A stretch of DNA of 64,000 nucleotides from Candidatus Heimdallarchaeota archaeon (GCA_018238155.1 JABCTZ010000019.1:32001-96000), one strand, 5' to 3'. Shown: positions 8,765 to 19,354, counted from the first letter of the stretch. Program-made: numbers and translations. The notes: generated by a model not told the origin, from the letters alone.

Positions 8765-10678
8765 TTACAACTCCACCAAGCCGACTAACACCCACAAAAC
8801 TACTGATACAGTTGAGAGTAGTAGTATTCCTATAATATCCAATATAAATCCAACTCGAAATATTTCCTTTACACTGAAATACCCTGTTGAATAACTGATC
8901 ATCGTTGGTGGAGTACCAAATACTAATGCATAATCCACACTAGAACCAATAGCAACTATTACTGCTAACATAACAGGACTGATTCCCAAACTAATTGCAA
9001 TTGGAATAACGAGAGGAATAAGCATAGCTGCACTCGCAGTATTGCTAGCAACGGCAGTGACTAATAATGATATTCCACCAACTATTAATGCAATTATGAT
9101 GTAATGTTTTCCTTCTATAACACCCATTTTCGAAGCAATCCAATCACCAATGCCTGTACTAACTAATGCATTGCCCAACGCTAACCCTCCACCAAAAAGG
9201 AAGAGCGCATTCCAATTGATTTTCTTTACATCTTTGGGTTCAAGTGTATTGGTTCCAAAAATAAGCACTACAGCAATAATTGCTATTATACCAGAACTAA
9301 GAGCAATTCCTCCCTCTGTCGCTTTGCTAATTGGTTTTGCAAGAAGCCAGAGTGCAATGGTGAACAAGAAAATAATCACCGTTATCCATTGTTTCTTGTT
9401 CATTTTCCCCATTTTTTTCAAATCCTTCTTGAAAACAATTTGAGCATCAGCTAAACTTTCTCTCGATACTTTTGGTTTATAGACAAGAAGAAGATACCCC
9501 CAAATAATGAAAATCATAATCAATACAAATGGCAACCCAAAAGCGAACCATTTGAGGAATGAAATTTCGATACCAATATTATTCAGCCCTGCAATGGCAA
9601 TGGGATTTGCTGGCGTTCCGATAACAGAAGCGATCCCTCCTGTGGAGGCAGCATAACCTATCCCTAATACTAACGCTTTTTTGAATCCGGAAATGTCTTT
9701 CTCTCGTCCACTAGCACTTATTTGATCGACCATCGCAATAGCAATTGGAATCATTACTGCTGCACTTGCAGTATTGCTCATCCACATTGAAAGGAAAGCA
9801 GCTAATCCCATTAGAATTAGGAGTAAAAGATTGGGTCGAACAGTAGCATTTCCAACGATACCTAGAGCTAAACGGCGATCAATATTATGCTTTTTGAGCG
9901 CTTCAGCGATAATAAACCCACCAAAGAATAAGCCTATTACTGGATCAAAAAAAGGTTGCAATGCAATAGTAGTATTTGATATACCTGCAATTACCATAAC
10001 AATTGGAACGAGAAATGCTCCAACAATGGTAGGAACGATTTCAGATATCCAAAGACCTGCAACTATGACTAACAAACCTATAGCAATACCAGCTTTATAT
10101 GGAATTGCCATTGTAAAATAACCAACAGTAACCATAGCATCCAATTCGTTGCTATAAACTTTTTCAATTTTTGTAGTTCGGATTTTTCTTTCTATCCCCT
10201 CTCCTACAATTTGAGAGCTAAGGTCTGTTAAAGCAAGTGTGTTAATGGAATGTTTAGTTTCATTTAAAATACCTACACGATACTCTATTTTTGATTGAGT
10301 TGAAGATTTGAACGCTTGATTAGTTATAACGATACATGAATTTCCACTGCTCCCAAGATCAAAAATATATTCCACTTGTTGTGAGTTAGCACTAGTATCC
10401 ATTGTGATATCAAAAATAATGTTATAAGAGTCAGTACCATGAGTTACATTTAATTGAACTTGATATAATCCTGGTTTCATGTTTGAAGGACCAAGAAAGG
10501 AAGCACCAATTGAGAGACCAATAATAACAGCTGCAATAATAGAGGTTTGAATTATCTTCTTTTTTCTTACTTTTTTTTCCTCTGAAGTAAACTCTTTTTT
10601 AGATTCACTTTTTTTTATATCGCTTTTAGTTTCAAGTTCCAAATTTTCATTGTCTATTTGTGATGCTTCTTTTGACAT
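8765..10678 (-). CDS. DASS/SLC13 sodium:di-/tricarboxylate or sulfate symporter with N-terminal extra domain
   Basis: LWISE, SMWMSNTA, IGTPAN, INW..LFLFGGG, SNTAS, GTPP; multiple TM helices. Confidence 0.9.
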   Translation of the reverse strand: MSKEASQIDNENLELETKSDIKKSESKKEFTSEEKKVRKKKIIQTSIIAAVIIGLSIGASFLGPSNMKPGLYQVQLNVTHGTDSYNIIFDITMDTSANSQQVEYIFDLGSSGNSCIVITNQAFKSSTQSKIEYRVGILNETKHSINTLALTDLSSQIVGEGIERKIRTTKIEKVYSNELDAMVTVGYFTMAIPYKAGIAIGLLVIVAGLWISEIVPTIVGAFLVPIVMVIAGISNTTIALQPFFDPVIGLFFGGFIIAEALKKHNIDRRLALGIVGNATVRPNLLLLILMGLAAFLSMWMSNTASAAVMIPIAIAMVDQISASGREKDISGFKKALVLGIGYAASTGGIASVIGTPANPIAIAGLNNIGIEISFLKWFAFGLPFVLIMIFIIWGYLLLVYKPKVSRESLADAQIVFKKDLKKMGKMNKKQWITVIIFLFTIALWLLAKPISKATEGGIALSSGIIAIIAVVLIFGTNTLEPKDVKKINWNALFLFGGGLALGNALVSTGIGDWIASKMGVIEGKHYIIIALIVGGISLLVTAVASNTASAAMLIPLVIPIAISLGISPVMLAVIVAIGSSVDYALVFGTPPTMISYSTGYFSVKEIFRVGFILDIIGILLLSTVSVVLWVLVGLVEL

Positions 10679-10816
10679 ATTTTTATCCTCTTTCGATTTT
10701 CTCGAAATATTCGTTGAAGTTTTTTTTCTACAAATAATTAGTCAAAAAATGTTACCTATATAATTCTAGCGGAATGTGTCAAATAGTCTTCTGTTAACTC
10801 TCTTATGAGTTATTCT

Positions 10817-11578
10817 TTATGCTGCAAAGTAATATGTAAGCAATAGTGCAATAAAGAGGATTACTGGTAATCCTGTTGAGATTGTTGCTTCAATCCATGA
10901 GAAATTGTTTACTGGTTTCACCATAAAGACGATGTATACTCCGGAAATTATGAACCCTAAGATATTAATGATTAATCCAAAGATGCCTGCAAAGGAATTT
11001 CGGAATCCAGTCATTGTAAATAAAACATCGCTAAAATTGAAGATATTTGTTCTATTCCATGGTAAAGCAATAATGTACAAAATAGCATTGAATAATGATG
11101 CTAAAGTAAGTGGTAACATACCATAACCTACGACCCCTCGAATCTGTTTTCTTGAAGCTTTACTTCCAAGGAGTCGAGCAGTAGTACGAATAGCAAAGCT
11201 ACCAAATAACCATAAAGACAAAGGAAGTAACATTGAAAAAATCCACATGAAAATAAAAATGATTGGTAATCTCCAGCTGAAGAAATAATTATGCATCAAT
11301 AGAGCGAAAACTTGCAAAGCTATCCCAAAAGCAATTGCAAAGATAAAAAGAATAACTCCTTTTGAATCTGGATTACTTGAAATATCTTGAAAAGCAGATC
11401 GAGGTTTTGTCAACAATGACTTGATTCGACCCCAAACTTCTTTGTAACCAACTGGAGGAAAGATTTTGGTTTCATAGATGGTAGTTAGATCTGCTCCACA
11501 AAAAGGACACAACAAGTATCCTTGGGGAGCGTTTTCTTTGCAAATGGGGCATTGGATTAAAGCTTCATCAGTACTCAT
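10817..11578 (-). CDS. Zinc-ribbon + Yip1-domain membrane protein
   Basis: CPIC...CPFCG ribbon, LTKPRSAF, five hydrophobic segments, ARLLG..AS and GYGMLP typical of Yip1. Confidence 0.75.
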   Translation of the reverse strand: MSTDEALIQCPICKENAPQGYLLCPFCGADLTTIYETKIFPPVGYKEVWGRIKSLLTKPRSAFQDISSNPDSKGVILFIFAIAFGIALQVFALLMHNYFFSWRLPIIFIFMWIFSMLLPLSLWLFGSFAIRTTARLLGSKASRKQIRGVVGYGMLPLTLASLFNAILYIIALPWNRTNIFNFSDVLFTMTGFRNSFAGIFGLIINILGFIISGVYIVFMVKPVNNFSWIEATISTGLPVILFIALLLTYYFAA

Positions 11579-11717
11579 AATTTTCTGCTCCGTGAGAAGA
11601 ATTTTTTTTAATATAGAATCAAGAGCTCTAAAACCTAATAATCATTTCGATTTGGGTCGAAAAGGATTATCTTTTTAAGCGAATAAAAACGATGTTTGAC
11701 TCTAATTGGTGATTAAA

Positions 11718-12359
11718 ATGAAGAAAATTCTTTTGACGGGCTTTGGTCCTTTTGGAAAAGACTCCATTAATCCTGCTTTATTAGTTGTTCAAGAATTAGA
11801 TAACCAAAAGCTAATTCTAAACAAAGGGAGAAATAATTCTGAAGTAAAAATAGTTTCAAAAGAGCTACCTGTTGTTTTTAGTAAAACAATTAATGAATTT
11901 ATTACCATCGTTGAGACCACTAATCCCGACTTGATTCTCTCAATTGGACAAGCAGGAGGTAGAATGGGTATATCTCTTGAACGAATAGGCATCAATGTAG
12001 CCGATGCAGATATTATTGATAATGAGAAAAACAAACCAAGAGATGAACCAATAATCCGACATGGTCCTGCAGCATACTTTACTACAATAAATATTCGACA
12101 GACCTTTCATGCAATAAAAGAAGCAGGTATTCCTGTAATGATATCAAATTCTGCCGGAACATTCGTTTGTAACAACCTAATATATGGAGCCTTACACTTC
12201 TTTGCTTCTAGTAAAAAATTTACAAAAACTAAATATGGTTTTATTCATATCCCCTATCTTCCTAAACAAGCTGCAGAAAAGAAGAAGATCACTCCTTCTA
12301 TGTCCTTATCTTTAATTAAAAAAGCGATTCTTATTGCAATAAAAGCAAATTTAGGTTAG
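11718..12359 (+). CDS. pcp: Pyroglutamyl-peptidase I
   Basis: LLTGFGPFG..INPA, SIGQAGGR, ER, SAGTFVCN (catalytic Cys), GFIHIP (His); start taken at ATG 11718. Confidence 0.95.
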   Translation: MKKILLTGFGPFGKDSINPALLVVQELDNQKLILNKGRNNSEVKIVSKELPVVFSKTINEFITIVETTNPDLILSIGQAGGRMGISLERIGINVADADIIDNEKNKPRDEPIIRHGPAAYFTTINIRQTFHAIKEAGIPVMISNSAGTFVCNNLIYGALHFFASSKKFTKTKYGFIHIPYLPKQAAEKKKITPSMSLSLIKKAILIAIKANLG

Positions 12360-12418
12360 CTTTTCAAACATACGCATCTTATTTTTTTTATACTTGGAGG
12401 AATACTCTGTAGAATACA

Positions 12419-15343
12419 ATGCTTTCAAAGGCTCGTTTTAAAAGACTCTTCGTCTATTGCATTGTAATTCTTCTAATTACAATAATTTATTTTGACTCGA
12501 TGAATAGTATTAATTTTTCAAAAACTTCCTATCAACCCACTTCTAAGGAAGAACATTTCAATAATAATTTTCTAAACTATGCTAAAGATCAACAGAAAAA
12601 AGCAACTAATTTTCTGGGGAGTGGAAATATCGTTATTAATTCAATTGTCATAGAGGATAATGTTATTTTAAAAGGCGAAAACGCAAAAGCATCAATCAAT
12701 TTGGAAAACGAAATTGCCACTTCAGATATTTCACTCCTCCTTACTCTTGTTAGCATTCCATCAAAATATGGTCTTGAATATTTTCAAGATGCAAATACAG
12801 ATGGAGAACTTGAATCATTAGAACTAGAAATTTATATTGAAGATTTTTGTTCATCTCTAAGTGCACACGAGGTATTTACGAAAGAAATTACTTTTGGACC
12901 CGATTTCGATGAAGGTTTAGTGAATGCTCATGCATTAATTCCTCTGAATCGTGGTTCTTGGCAAATAATTGCTATTGCATTTACTTCTGCAGAAGGTGAA
13001 AGCTCATATACACTTGAGGATTCTCTTATTGTTCATGTGTCTTTTAATCCAGATGAACATATTGTTTTAGCTTATTTTGTTCATGATGACATTCCTACAT
13101 TTTCAAATGGAAAAACAGTACGAGATTCTGTTGATCAAGCTGTTGAGAGATTGGAAAACAACTATGCTTTTAGTATTAACATCGAAGTTTTAGTTGAAGA
13201 TACAGAGTGGCAACCGGATATCTCACTTATAAATAACAGTCAGATGATTGCAGATGCTTGGACCCATGTCGGCAAAAAACTCGGATTGAAGGATGAAACA
13301 TGGGATCATTTACATGATTTTGATTTAGTTACAGGTCTTTGGACAACTACCAAACCAATGAACGGTGGTTATGATATTCTCATTACTGTTTCAGATCGTC
13401 CTGGTGATTCCCTTGGCATTGCAGCTTATTGTGGGAATTGGGCATATGTTAGTGGTGGTCGTTATAATCTTCTCAATTACCATATAAGTCAAAATCAATT
13501 TGATAATATTATTCAACATGAACTGTCACACGTCTTTGGTGCTTTAGATCGTTCGCATTCAAATACAATAATGGATACAGAATTAATTTATACTGGATCA
13601 GAATTCACTTCACCTTGTCTTGAAGAGATCAACTATTTGTCTATTGATATTTCACATATGAAATATCATTCGATTCGATTTGATGGGCCCCCAAATCCAA
13701 CTTTTCCTTTTACTTTGGAACAAGAGAAAACTCTATCAACAATTTTCAATACAAAATGGATTGCCCCAAAATTAGCTCAATCAAAAAATAATAGCTATCC
13801 ATTGTTACATTCAGTTGCAGGTATAAAGTATGGAAACAATAAGATTGTATTATATCATAGCAGTTCATATAACGGTGATTGGAATAACTATCAACAAATA
13901 TCCACATCAAATCAAAATGCCTCTAATGCGGAGCTTACAATTGATGCAAAAGGAAATCTACATCTAATTTGGATTGTACATAATGATAGTGATTCTTCAA
14001 GTCATCTTTATTATAGAAATAGAACTAATACTGGTTCTTGGCGACCTATTGAAATTTTAGAAAACGAAACGATAATAAGAGATGTTAAGATCTCTGCTGA
14101 TGGGGTTGGCAATGTTTTCCTTATTTACACCAAAGAAAATGAAACCGTTTCGGAAATCTATTATAGAACTAGAAACTATGGTGATTGGACTGCACCCCAA
14201 AAACTACTTACTGGGTCTACACAGTCAAAAAAACCAACAATACATTTCGATAAAAATAATGATTTGCACATTTTATGGTATGAAAGAGATTTAGTAAACA
14301 CACAAAACAAACTTTACTATATTATTCGTGATAATAGCTCATTATTTAGTACAAAAGAATTACTATTTACTGGAAGTTCAAGTGCAAATTTGATTAATTT
14401 ACAAGTGCTATACAATGATGAACTTTCTATTGTTCATTATCTTTGGGCGGAAATAACTGATAGTCAGCGTTCGCTCTTTTATTGTGAAAAATTCAATAAT
14501 GGAACACTCTCTGATATTGATCTCTTATTTCATGATAATGAGACTGCTGCATGTAATGCCAGATTTATTGTAACGATTGATGCAAAAGTCTTGGTCGTCT
14601 GGGAAGATTTGAATAAATATCATAATCAAACGTTTCTACTTTATAGAGGAAAGTTAGCAAACTCTGATTGGTCATTTACTAATAGATTCTCCCCAGTAGA
14701 GAAGAGTTATTCTTATCCATACTTGTTGTACGATGAAGAGTTTGATGAAATTCGTTTTATTTACAGTACGAATGAGTTTTCCTATTCCTCCTCTGAACTT
14801 TATTCAAGAATAATTTATAGAACAATCTATCTCAAAAATTTTCAGATATCAGTACAAGATTTTAACTTCACTGCAACTATTGATTTGAATTCAGAATCAA
14901 TATTTTTCAGTTTTGAAAACATTCAAGCCTACTCTAATTTTACAAATATCGGTCTTCTAGATGAAATAGGAAAAACAAAAGTCCATAGCTTTGGTATAAT
15001 GCGAATTGATGAAGTTCTACCTCTAAGTCGAGGAATACTGACGTTAAATTCTTCTTCTGGAACTTGGTTTAGTTCAGCTACAGTTACTGATGTTCAACCT
15101 GGAGAATATTATGTTGTGGTAGCTTTTATGGATTCAGAGAATATCTATTCGGGTCAATTTAACTCGTTCAACTCTTTCATAATTGAGGGAGAGGAAAATG
15201 AAGAAGAAAATCCCCCTTCGAATAAACTGAAAATTCTAATTATATCTCTATCAATTGGTATCCCCGTTATTTTAACTGGCACTATAGTACCGACTGTTTT
15301 AATACTAAAGAAAAGAAAAAAGTATTCATCAACTGAATCTTAA
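12419..15343 (+). CDS. Surface-anchored metzincin-like zinc metalloprotease with beta-propeller repeats
   Basis: N-terminal signal/TM, HELSHVFGALD plus Met-turn (NTIM), repeated D..G.lHl.W / W..p..l blades, C-terminal TM + KKRKK. Confidence 0.75.
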   Translation: MLSKARFKRLFVYCIVILLITIIYFDSMNSINFSKTSYQPTSKEEHFNNNFLNYAKDQQKKATNFLGSGNIVINSIVIEDNVILKGENAKASINLENEIATSDISLLLTLVSIPSKYGLEYFQDANTDGELESLELEIYIEDFCSSLSAHEVFTKEITFGPDFDEGLVNAHALIPLNRGSWQIIAIAFTSAEGESSYTLEDSLIVHVSFNPDEHIVLAYFVHDDIPTFSNGKTVRDSVDQAVERLENNYAFSINIEVLVEDTEWQPDISLINNSQMIADAWTHVGKKLGLKDETWDHLHDFDLVTGLWTTTKPMNGGYDILITVSDRPGDSLGIAAYCGNWAYVSGGRYNLLNYHISQNQFDNIIQHELSHVFGALDRSHSNTIMDTELIYTGSEFTSPCLEEINYLSIDISHMKYHSIRFDGPPNPTFPFTLEQEKTLSTIFNTKWIAPKLAQSKNNSYPLLHSVAGIKYGNNKIVLYHSSSYNGDWNNYQQISTSNQNASNAELTIDAKGNLHLIWIVHNDSDSSSHLYYRNRTNTGSWRPIEILENETIIRDVKISADGVGNVFLIYTKENETVSEIYYRTRNYGDWTAPQKLLTGSTQSKKPTIHFDKNNDLHILWYERDLVNTQNKLYYIIRDNSSLFSTKELLFTGSSSANLINLQVLYNDELSIVHYLWAEITDSQRSLFYCEKFNNGTLSDIDLLFHDNETAACNARFIVTIDAKVLVVWEDLNKYHNQTFLLYRGKLANSDWSFTNRFSPVEKSYSYPYLLYDEEFDEIRFIYSTNEFSYSSSELYSRIIYRTIYLKNFQISVQDFNFTATIDLNSESIFFSFENIQAYSNFTNIGLLDEIGKTKVHSFGIMRIDEVLPLSRGILTLNSSSGTWFSSATVTDVQPGEYYVVVAFMDSENIYSGQFNSFNSFIIEGEENEEENPPSNKLKILIISLSIGIPVILTGTIVPTVLILKKRKKYSSTES

Positions 15344-16044
15344 ACAGTTAATGAAACAATTATTTGTTCTGGTGTTATCCCTTGAATTACATCAGTTACA
15401 ACAACAGGTACATTATAAACATAGGTTCCATTGTAATAATTGACAGTTGGTGTTCCGTTAACTGTAACATCTGCATATCCAAGATTATTTGTTCCATAAT
15501 TGGTCTCATAATAGAAATTAATTATTGTTGAAGAAGCTGTATTGGTGTACTCAATTGTATATTTATTATCATATTGCAATTCTGTATCTATTGATAGATA
15601 ATTACACTCTAAATAGATATCAATATTGGCTCTTATAGAAATAAATCCATTACCTTTTGCCACTTCAATTGGTAAGGTAATTGGTACAATTTCATTAATT
15701 TCCAAAACAGCGAAATACCCTTTTGCCAAGATTTGACTTTCAGCGAAGTCCAACCAATTTTGAAGTATTGTACCTGCTGTTATGTTGCTGTTAATAACTG
15801 TAGCTATTTGAGAATAATTTGTAAGCATTCCATTCATGAAAGCATTGGTTTCAGTTTTGAAATTATCGTATGTAGCTTGAAATTCGTTGAGTTCAGTAGT
15901 TCGACTATATTGTGTTACATTTAATTCATAAACGATAGTTATGAATGAAAGCATGTAAATAGTTATTATTATCGTACAAATTAAGAAAATTTGTGCTTTG
16001 TTGTTTTTCCGTAAATTTTTCTTAATATTAAGTAACCAATTCAT
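15340..16044 (-). CDS. Class III signal peptide (prepilin-like) protein
   Basis: Basic leader ending NKA|Q, then a hydrophobic helix IFLICTIIITIYMLSF. Confidence 0.65.
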   Translation of the reverse strand: MNWLLNIKKNLRKNNKAQIFLICTIIITIYMLSFITIVYELNVTQYSRTTELNEFQATYDNFKTETNAFMNGMLTNYSQIATVINSNITAGTILQNWLDFAESQILAKGYFAVLEINEIVPITLPIEVAKGNGFISIRANIDIYLECNYLSIDTELQYDNKYTIEYTNTASSTIINFYYETNYGTNNLGYADVTVNGTPTVNYYNGTYVYNVPVVVTDVIQGITPEQIIVSLTV

Positions 16045-16051
16045 TTTACAT

Positions 16052-16504
16052 TCACCCTATGATTCTCCAAAGCTCAAGGTGAATAGTTCGATAATGAGAT
16101 AAATTATCACCTTCACCATAAATGAAATAATTTGTAACTCCAACTGAACTTCCAATTGGAGGAGTTCTGTCCCAATAAATTTGGAATTGTGTGGATTCAG
16201 TACTATCTTCAACTGATAATCGCCAAATAATATTTTCTGGAAGTGCTTCATTTAAACTCTCAGCTAATTCTAGAGTTTGAGCATTAAAAACTAATGATTT
16301 TAAATCACCTGCTACATTCAAAGATTCTAAGGCATTATGCCCTATATCAGAAAGATCATCTTGATAGCTAGGTAATGAAGTAAATTCAACTTGATAAATT
16401 GCAACCATTAGGAGGATTAGCACCGTTAGGGCAATGAAAACTTCTAGAAGGAATAATTGTCCTTTCTTATTTCTTAAATTAGTAGTTTGTTTTATTCTGG
16501 CCAT
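16052..16504 (-). CDS. Type IV pilin-like protein
   Basis: KKG|QLFLLEVFIALTVLILLM class III signal peptide with an acidic residue in the H-domain. Confidence 0.75.
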   Translation of the reverse strand: MARIKQTTNLRNKKGQLFLLEVFIALTVLILLMVAIYQVEFTSLPSYQDDLSDIGHNALESLNVAGDLKSLVFNAQTLELAESLNEALPENIIWRLSVEDSTESTQFQIYWDRTPPIGSSVGVTNYFIYGEGDNLSHYRTIHLELWRIIG

Positions 16505-17586
16505 ATATAAAACACCGCCTTAAATATGCATTGTCTAATGATTACTAGTTTTTCTGTTTTGAAAACCTCAACGTTATTTGGTAATGTATCATCACCAAAT
16601 ATTGTTCCGAATTTATTGCTTAATTGTGATGGGAAAACGAAATATTTTCTAGTGTATTCACTTGCACCATTTATTCCAGTTAAGAGAGTTACACATGTTC
16701 CATTAGTTGGCAATCTTAAACTAAGAATTTCATTTGTTGTTGGTGATGCGATGGTAACAGATTCGTTTCCAAACTTTTCTTCTCCAATTTTATAAGGAAA
16801 CAGATTAATTGCTCTTAATGAAACCAAAGTTCCATCATTTTCTGTTGTTATTGAAGCTAATCCATTATTCTTTTCTTGTTCTTGAACTAAGAGTTTTAGT
16901 CCCATGTAAGTTTCAGGTCCAATAACACCATTTTGTACATCTACTGCAAAACAACCTTCTCTACTTTGTGCAAATATAACCAATGTATAGAACCCATTGG
17001 GTGATGCAGCTAATGTAAAAGTGTTGCTTAATTTACCCGTGCTATCTGTGACTGATCTATTTGTATAAAGAATAGTGCCAGATGGTCCCACTAAGAAACT
17101 CCAAACAGTACAATTTTCTACAGTAGTACTAATATCAATAGTTGCTGTAGGTAGGGAAAGTGTAAATATACCATTAACATCAAATATTGATTCAATATGT
17201 AATTGAAATCCAAAATTTCTCTCTTGTGATAAATTACCTTTCAAATTGTTATAATCGAGAAAATATAATCCTTTGGAGTTAATACGAGATAGCTTATTTG
17301 CATCAAGATTTGTGCTACCAATCTCTCGTAATCCGAATGAATTAAACCGAGTTGTTAAATTGTATTCCCAATGAGATGGATACCCAGTACTACCGAAAAA
17401 CATCTCTGATATTTGACTTGCTTGAGATTGAAAAGCTTGATCATCCAAATTTTGAAATTTCGGTTCAATATAGGATAATGATAGTACGATAACTTCTGCA
17501 AACATAATCATAAAAATAACCATTGCCAGAGCGAAGTCAACACCCTGAATTTGTCCTTTCTTATTTCGCCAAATTGATTGCTTCAA
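16492..17586 (-). CDS. Large type IV pilin-like/minor pilin protein
   Basis: KKG|QIQGVDFALAMVIFMIMF; G.P..W and GL motifs (STGYPSHWE, FGL) seen in archaeal pilin-like proteins. Confidence 0.7.
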   Translation of the reverse strand: MKQSIWRNKKGQIQGVDFALAMVIFMIMFAEVIVLSLSYIEPKFQNLDDQAFQSQASQISEMFFGSTGYPSHWEYNLTTRFNSFGLREIGSTNLDANKLSRINSKGLYFLDYNNLKGNLSQERNFGFQLHIESIFDVNGIFTLSLPTATIDISTTVENCTVWSFLVGPSGTILYTNRSVTDSTGKLSNTFTLAASPNGFYTLVIFAQSREGCFAVDVQNGVIGPETYMGLKLLVQEQEKNNGLASITTENDGTLVSLRAINLFPYKIGEEKFGNESVTIASPTTNEILSLRLPTNGTCVTLLTGINGASEYTRKYFVFPSQLSNKFGTIFGDDTLPNNVEVFKTEKLVIIRQCIFKAVFYIWPE

Positions 17587-17935
17587 ATCAAATTACACCT
17601 CAACAACTGTATGTTTTCTATAGAGAATCTCTTGGTATTAAATAAGTCATTATTTTAACTCTAAAATCTTTTTGCTTGGTATTAATTAACTAATACTATG
17701 TAACTTTCCTCTAAATAACTTAAGTATTTCTAAGATGGATGAGAGGAAAAAACATCAATCTTTTTTATAAAATTAGCGTGGAAAAAATAAATAATACTAA
17801 AAGGGGAAATATAGTAGAAACAGAGAATTTATTTATCATTAAACTCTTAAATAATCACTAGAGAAATTTTAGACTTATTTCCCGAATTAATATTTATTTA
17901 AAGTCTGCATAATTTCATTTAGTGAGGAAAAATCG

Positions 17936-18829
17936 ATGCCAAAAGTTACGCAAAAAACCCAGAATCTCATTTGGGGAATATCGGTTAGTGTTGGAGTGCT
18001 AATGGCTACATTAGCTGCTCTTGTTTGGTTTGAAATATTTAATTCTGGTCCAATTACTGCAAGTGACTTTATAGCATTTGCAATACTATTTACAATAACA
18101 CCTCCATCAATTGCTGTATATATTGATGAAATTTGGAGAAGTGGAATTGATTCAAATTTACCCAATCTTCTCAGAGATATAGCTGATGCTCAAAGAACAG
18201 GATTATCTCTTCCAAGAGCAGTCACAGAATCCTCTAAGAGAAATTATGGTCCTCTTACTCCAGAGCTTAAAAAAATGGCTGCAAAAATCTCCTGGGGCAT
18301 TCCTTTTGATCAAGCTATGCGCTCTTTCACTGATGTTGCAGATACCGAACTAAATAATAGATCATCAATTCTGATACTGGAAGCTCAGCGGTCTGGTGGA
18401 GTTATTGAAGATATTTTTGAATCTGCACAAAAACATGTTGAAGATATATTAGGACTAAGAAAAGAACGTCTCGGTCAAATGAGACCATATATTTGGATAA
18501 TTTATGCTGCATTCATTATTTTCCTTCTGGTAATCGTAGTTCTGTTTCAGACATTCTTCTACCCAATGGCTTTAATGTATGAAAATTTCCAAGATAGTGG
18601 ACTTGGAGGAGTACAAATGGGTCTACCACCAACAGTACTTGAATCATATAAAACACTCTTCTTGCACATGACTATGATTGAGGGTCTTTTCAGTGGTTTA
18701 GTAGCTGGAAAAATGGGTGAAGGAAAAGCAAAAGCTGGTTTGAAGCATTCTACAATAATGGTTCTTATTGGTTGGATTACTTATAAATTGACAATTGAAT
18801 TACAAATCATTGTTATCCCTATAGGTTGA
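17936..18829 (+). CDS. Type IV pilus/T2SS F-family membrane platform protein (TadC/FlaJ-like)
   Basis: LPNLLRDIADAQRTGLSL..A, YGPLTPEL, ISWGIPF..A, SGG, GLFSGLVAGKMGEG...AGLKH. Confidence 0.9.
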   Translation: MPKVTQKTQNLIWGISVSVGVLMATLAALVWFEIFNSGPITASDFIAFAILFTITPPSIAVYIDEIWRSGIDSNLPNLLRDIADAQRTGLSLPRAVTESSKRNYGPLTPELKKMAAKISWGIPFDQAMRSFTDVADTELNNRSSILILEAQRSGGVIEDIFESAQKHVEDILGLRKERLGQMRPYIWIIYAAFIIFLLVIVVLFQTFFYPMALMYENFQDSGLGGVQMGLPPTVLESYKTLFLHMTMIEGLFSGLVAGKMGEGKAKAGLKHSTIMVLIGWITYKLTIELQIIVIPIG

Positions 18830-18833
18830 AAAG

Positions 18834-19256
18834 GTGAAATATTTGGCAAAAATAGACCAAGAAATAAATGAAATTAAGAAATCAGTTGCAAAATTAGATG
18901 ATAAGATAGGTAAATTGCAATTCTTTCTTGTGCAGATAATGAATAAACTAAATGAAGCTGCTGAATCTTCTGATGGTGGCAGTGTTGCAGCTGCTACTCA
19001 GGGAGCTGTTACAGTTGATATAACTCCCCTTGAAGATAGATTGGAACAATTATCAAAAGTAATGGTATCAAAGGCAGATTTAGTTCCTATTCAACAAGAG
19101 TTGGTAAAAATTCGCGATGAACGCATGAAGGAAGCTGAAGAAACAATTGATAATGTTACTGTATTATTAGAAAAAGGTTTGTCGTTAACGGAACTTGCTG
19201 CATCTCTTAAAGAAATTGAATCTCATCTCCAAGAAATTGTTGCACCACCAAAATAA
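18834..19256 (+). CDS. Hypothetical coiled-coil protein
   Basis: Heptad-rich ORF immediately after tadC; the start may be TTG 18843 behind AGGTGA. Confidence 0.6.
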   Translation: MKYLAKIDQEINEIKKSVAKLDDKIGKLQFFLVQIMNKLNEAAESSDGGSVAAATQGAVTVDITPLEDRLEQLSKVMVSKADLVPIQQELVKIRDERMKEAEETIDNVTVLLEKGLSLTELAASLKEIESHLQEIVAPPK

Positions 19257-19259
19257 TTT

Positions 19260-19281
19260 ACCGAGTGTATTACTTCTCGGT
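19260..19281 (+). terminator. Stem-loop followed by T-rich tract
   Basis: ACCGAG-n10-CTCGGT followed by TTCTTCTTCTTTTT, just after the 18834-19256 stop. Confidence 0.45.
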
Positions 19282-19354
19282 TTCTTCTTCTTTTTAGTAG
19301 ACTTTATTAACTATTGATTCTTCCTTTGGAATATAAAGAGTGAGCTGTTGATAA

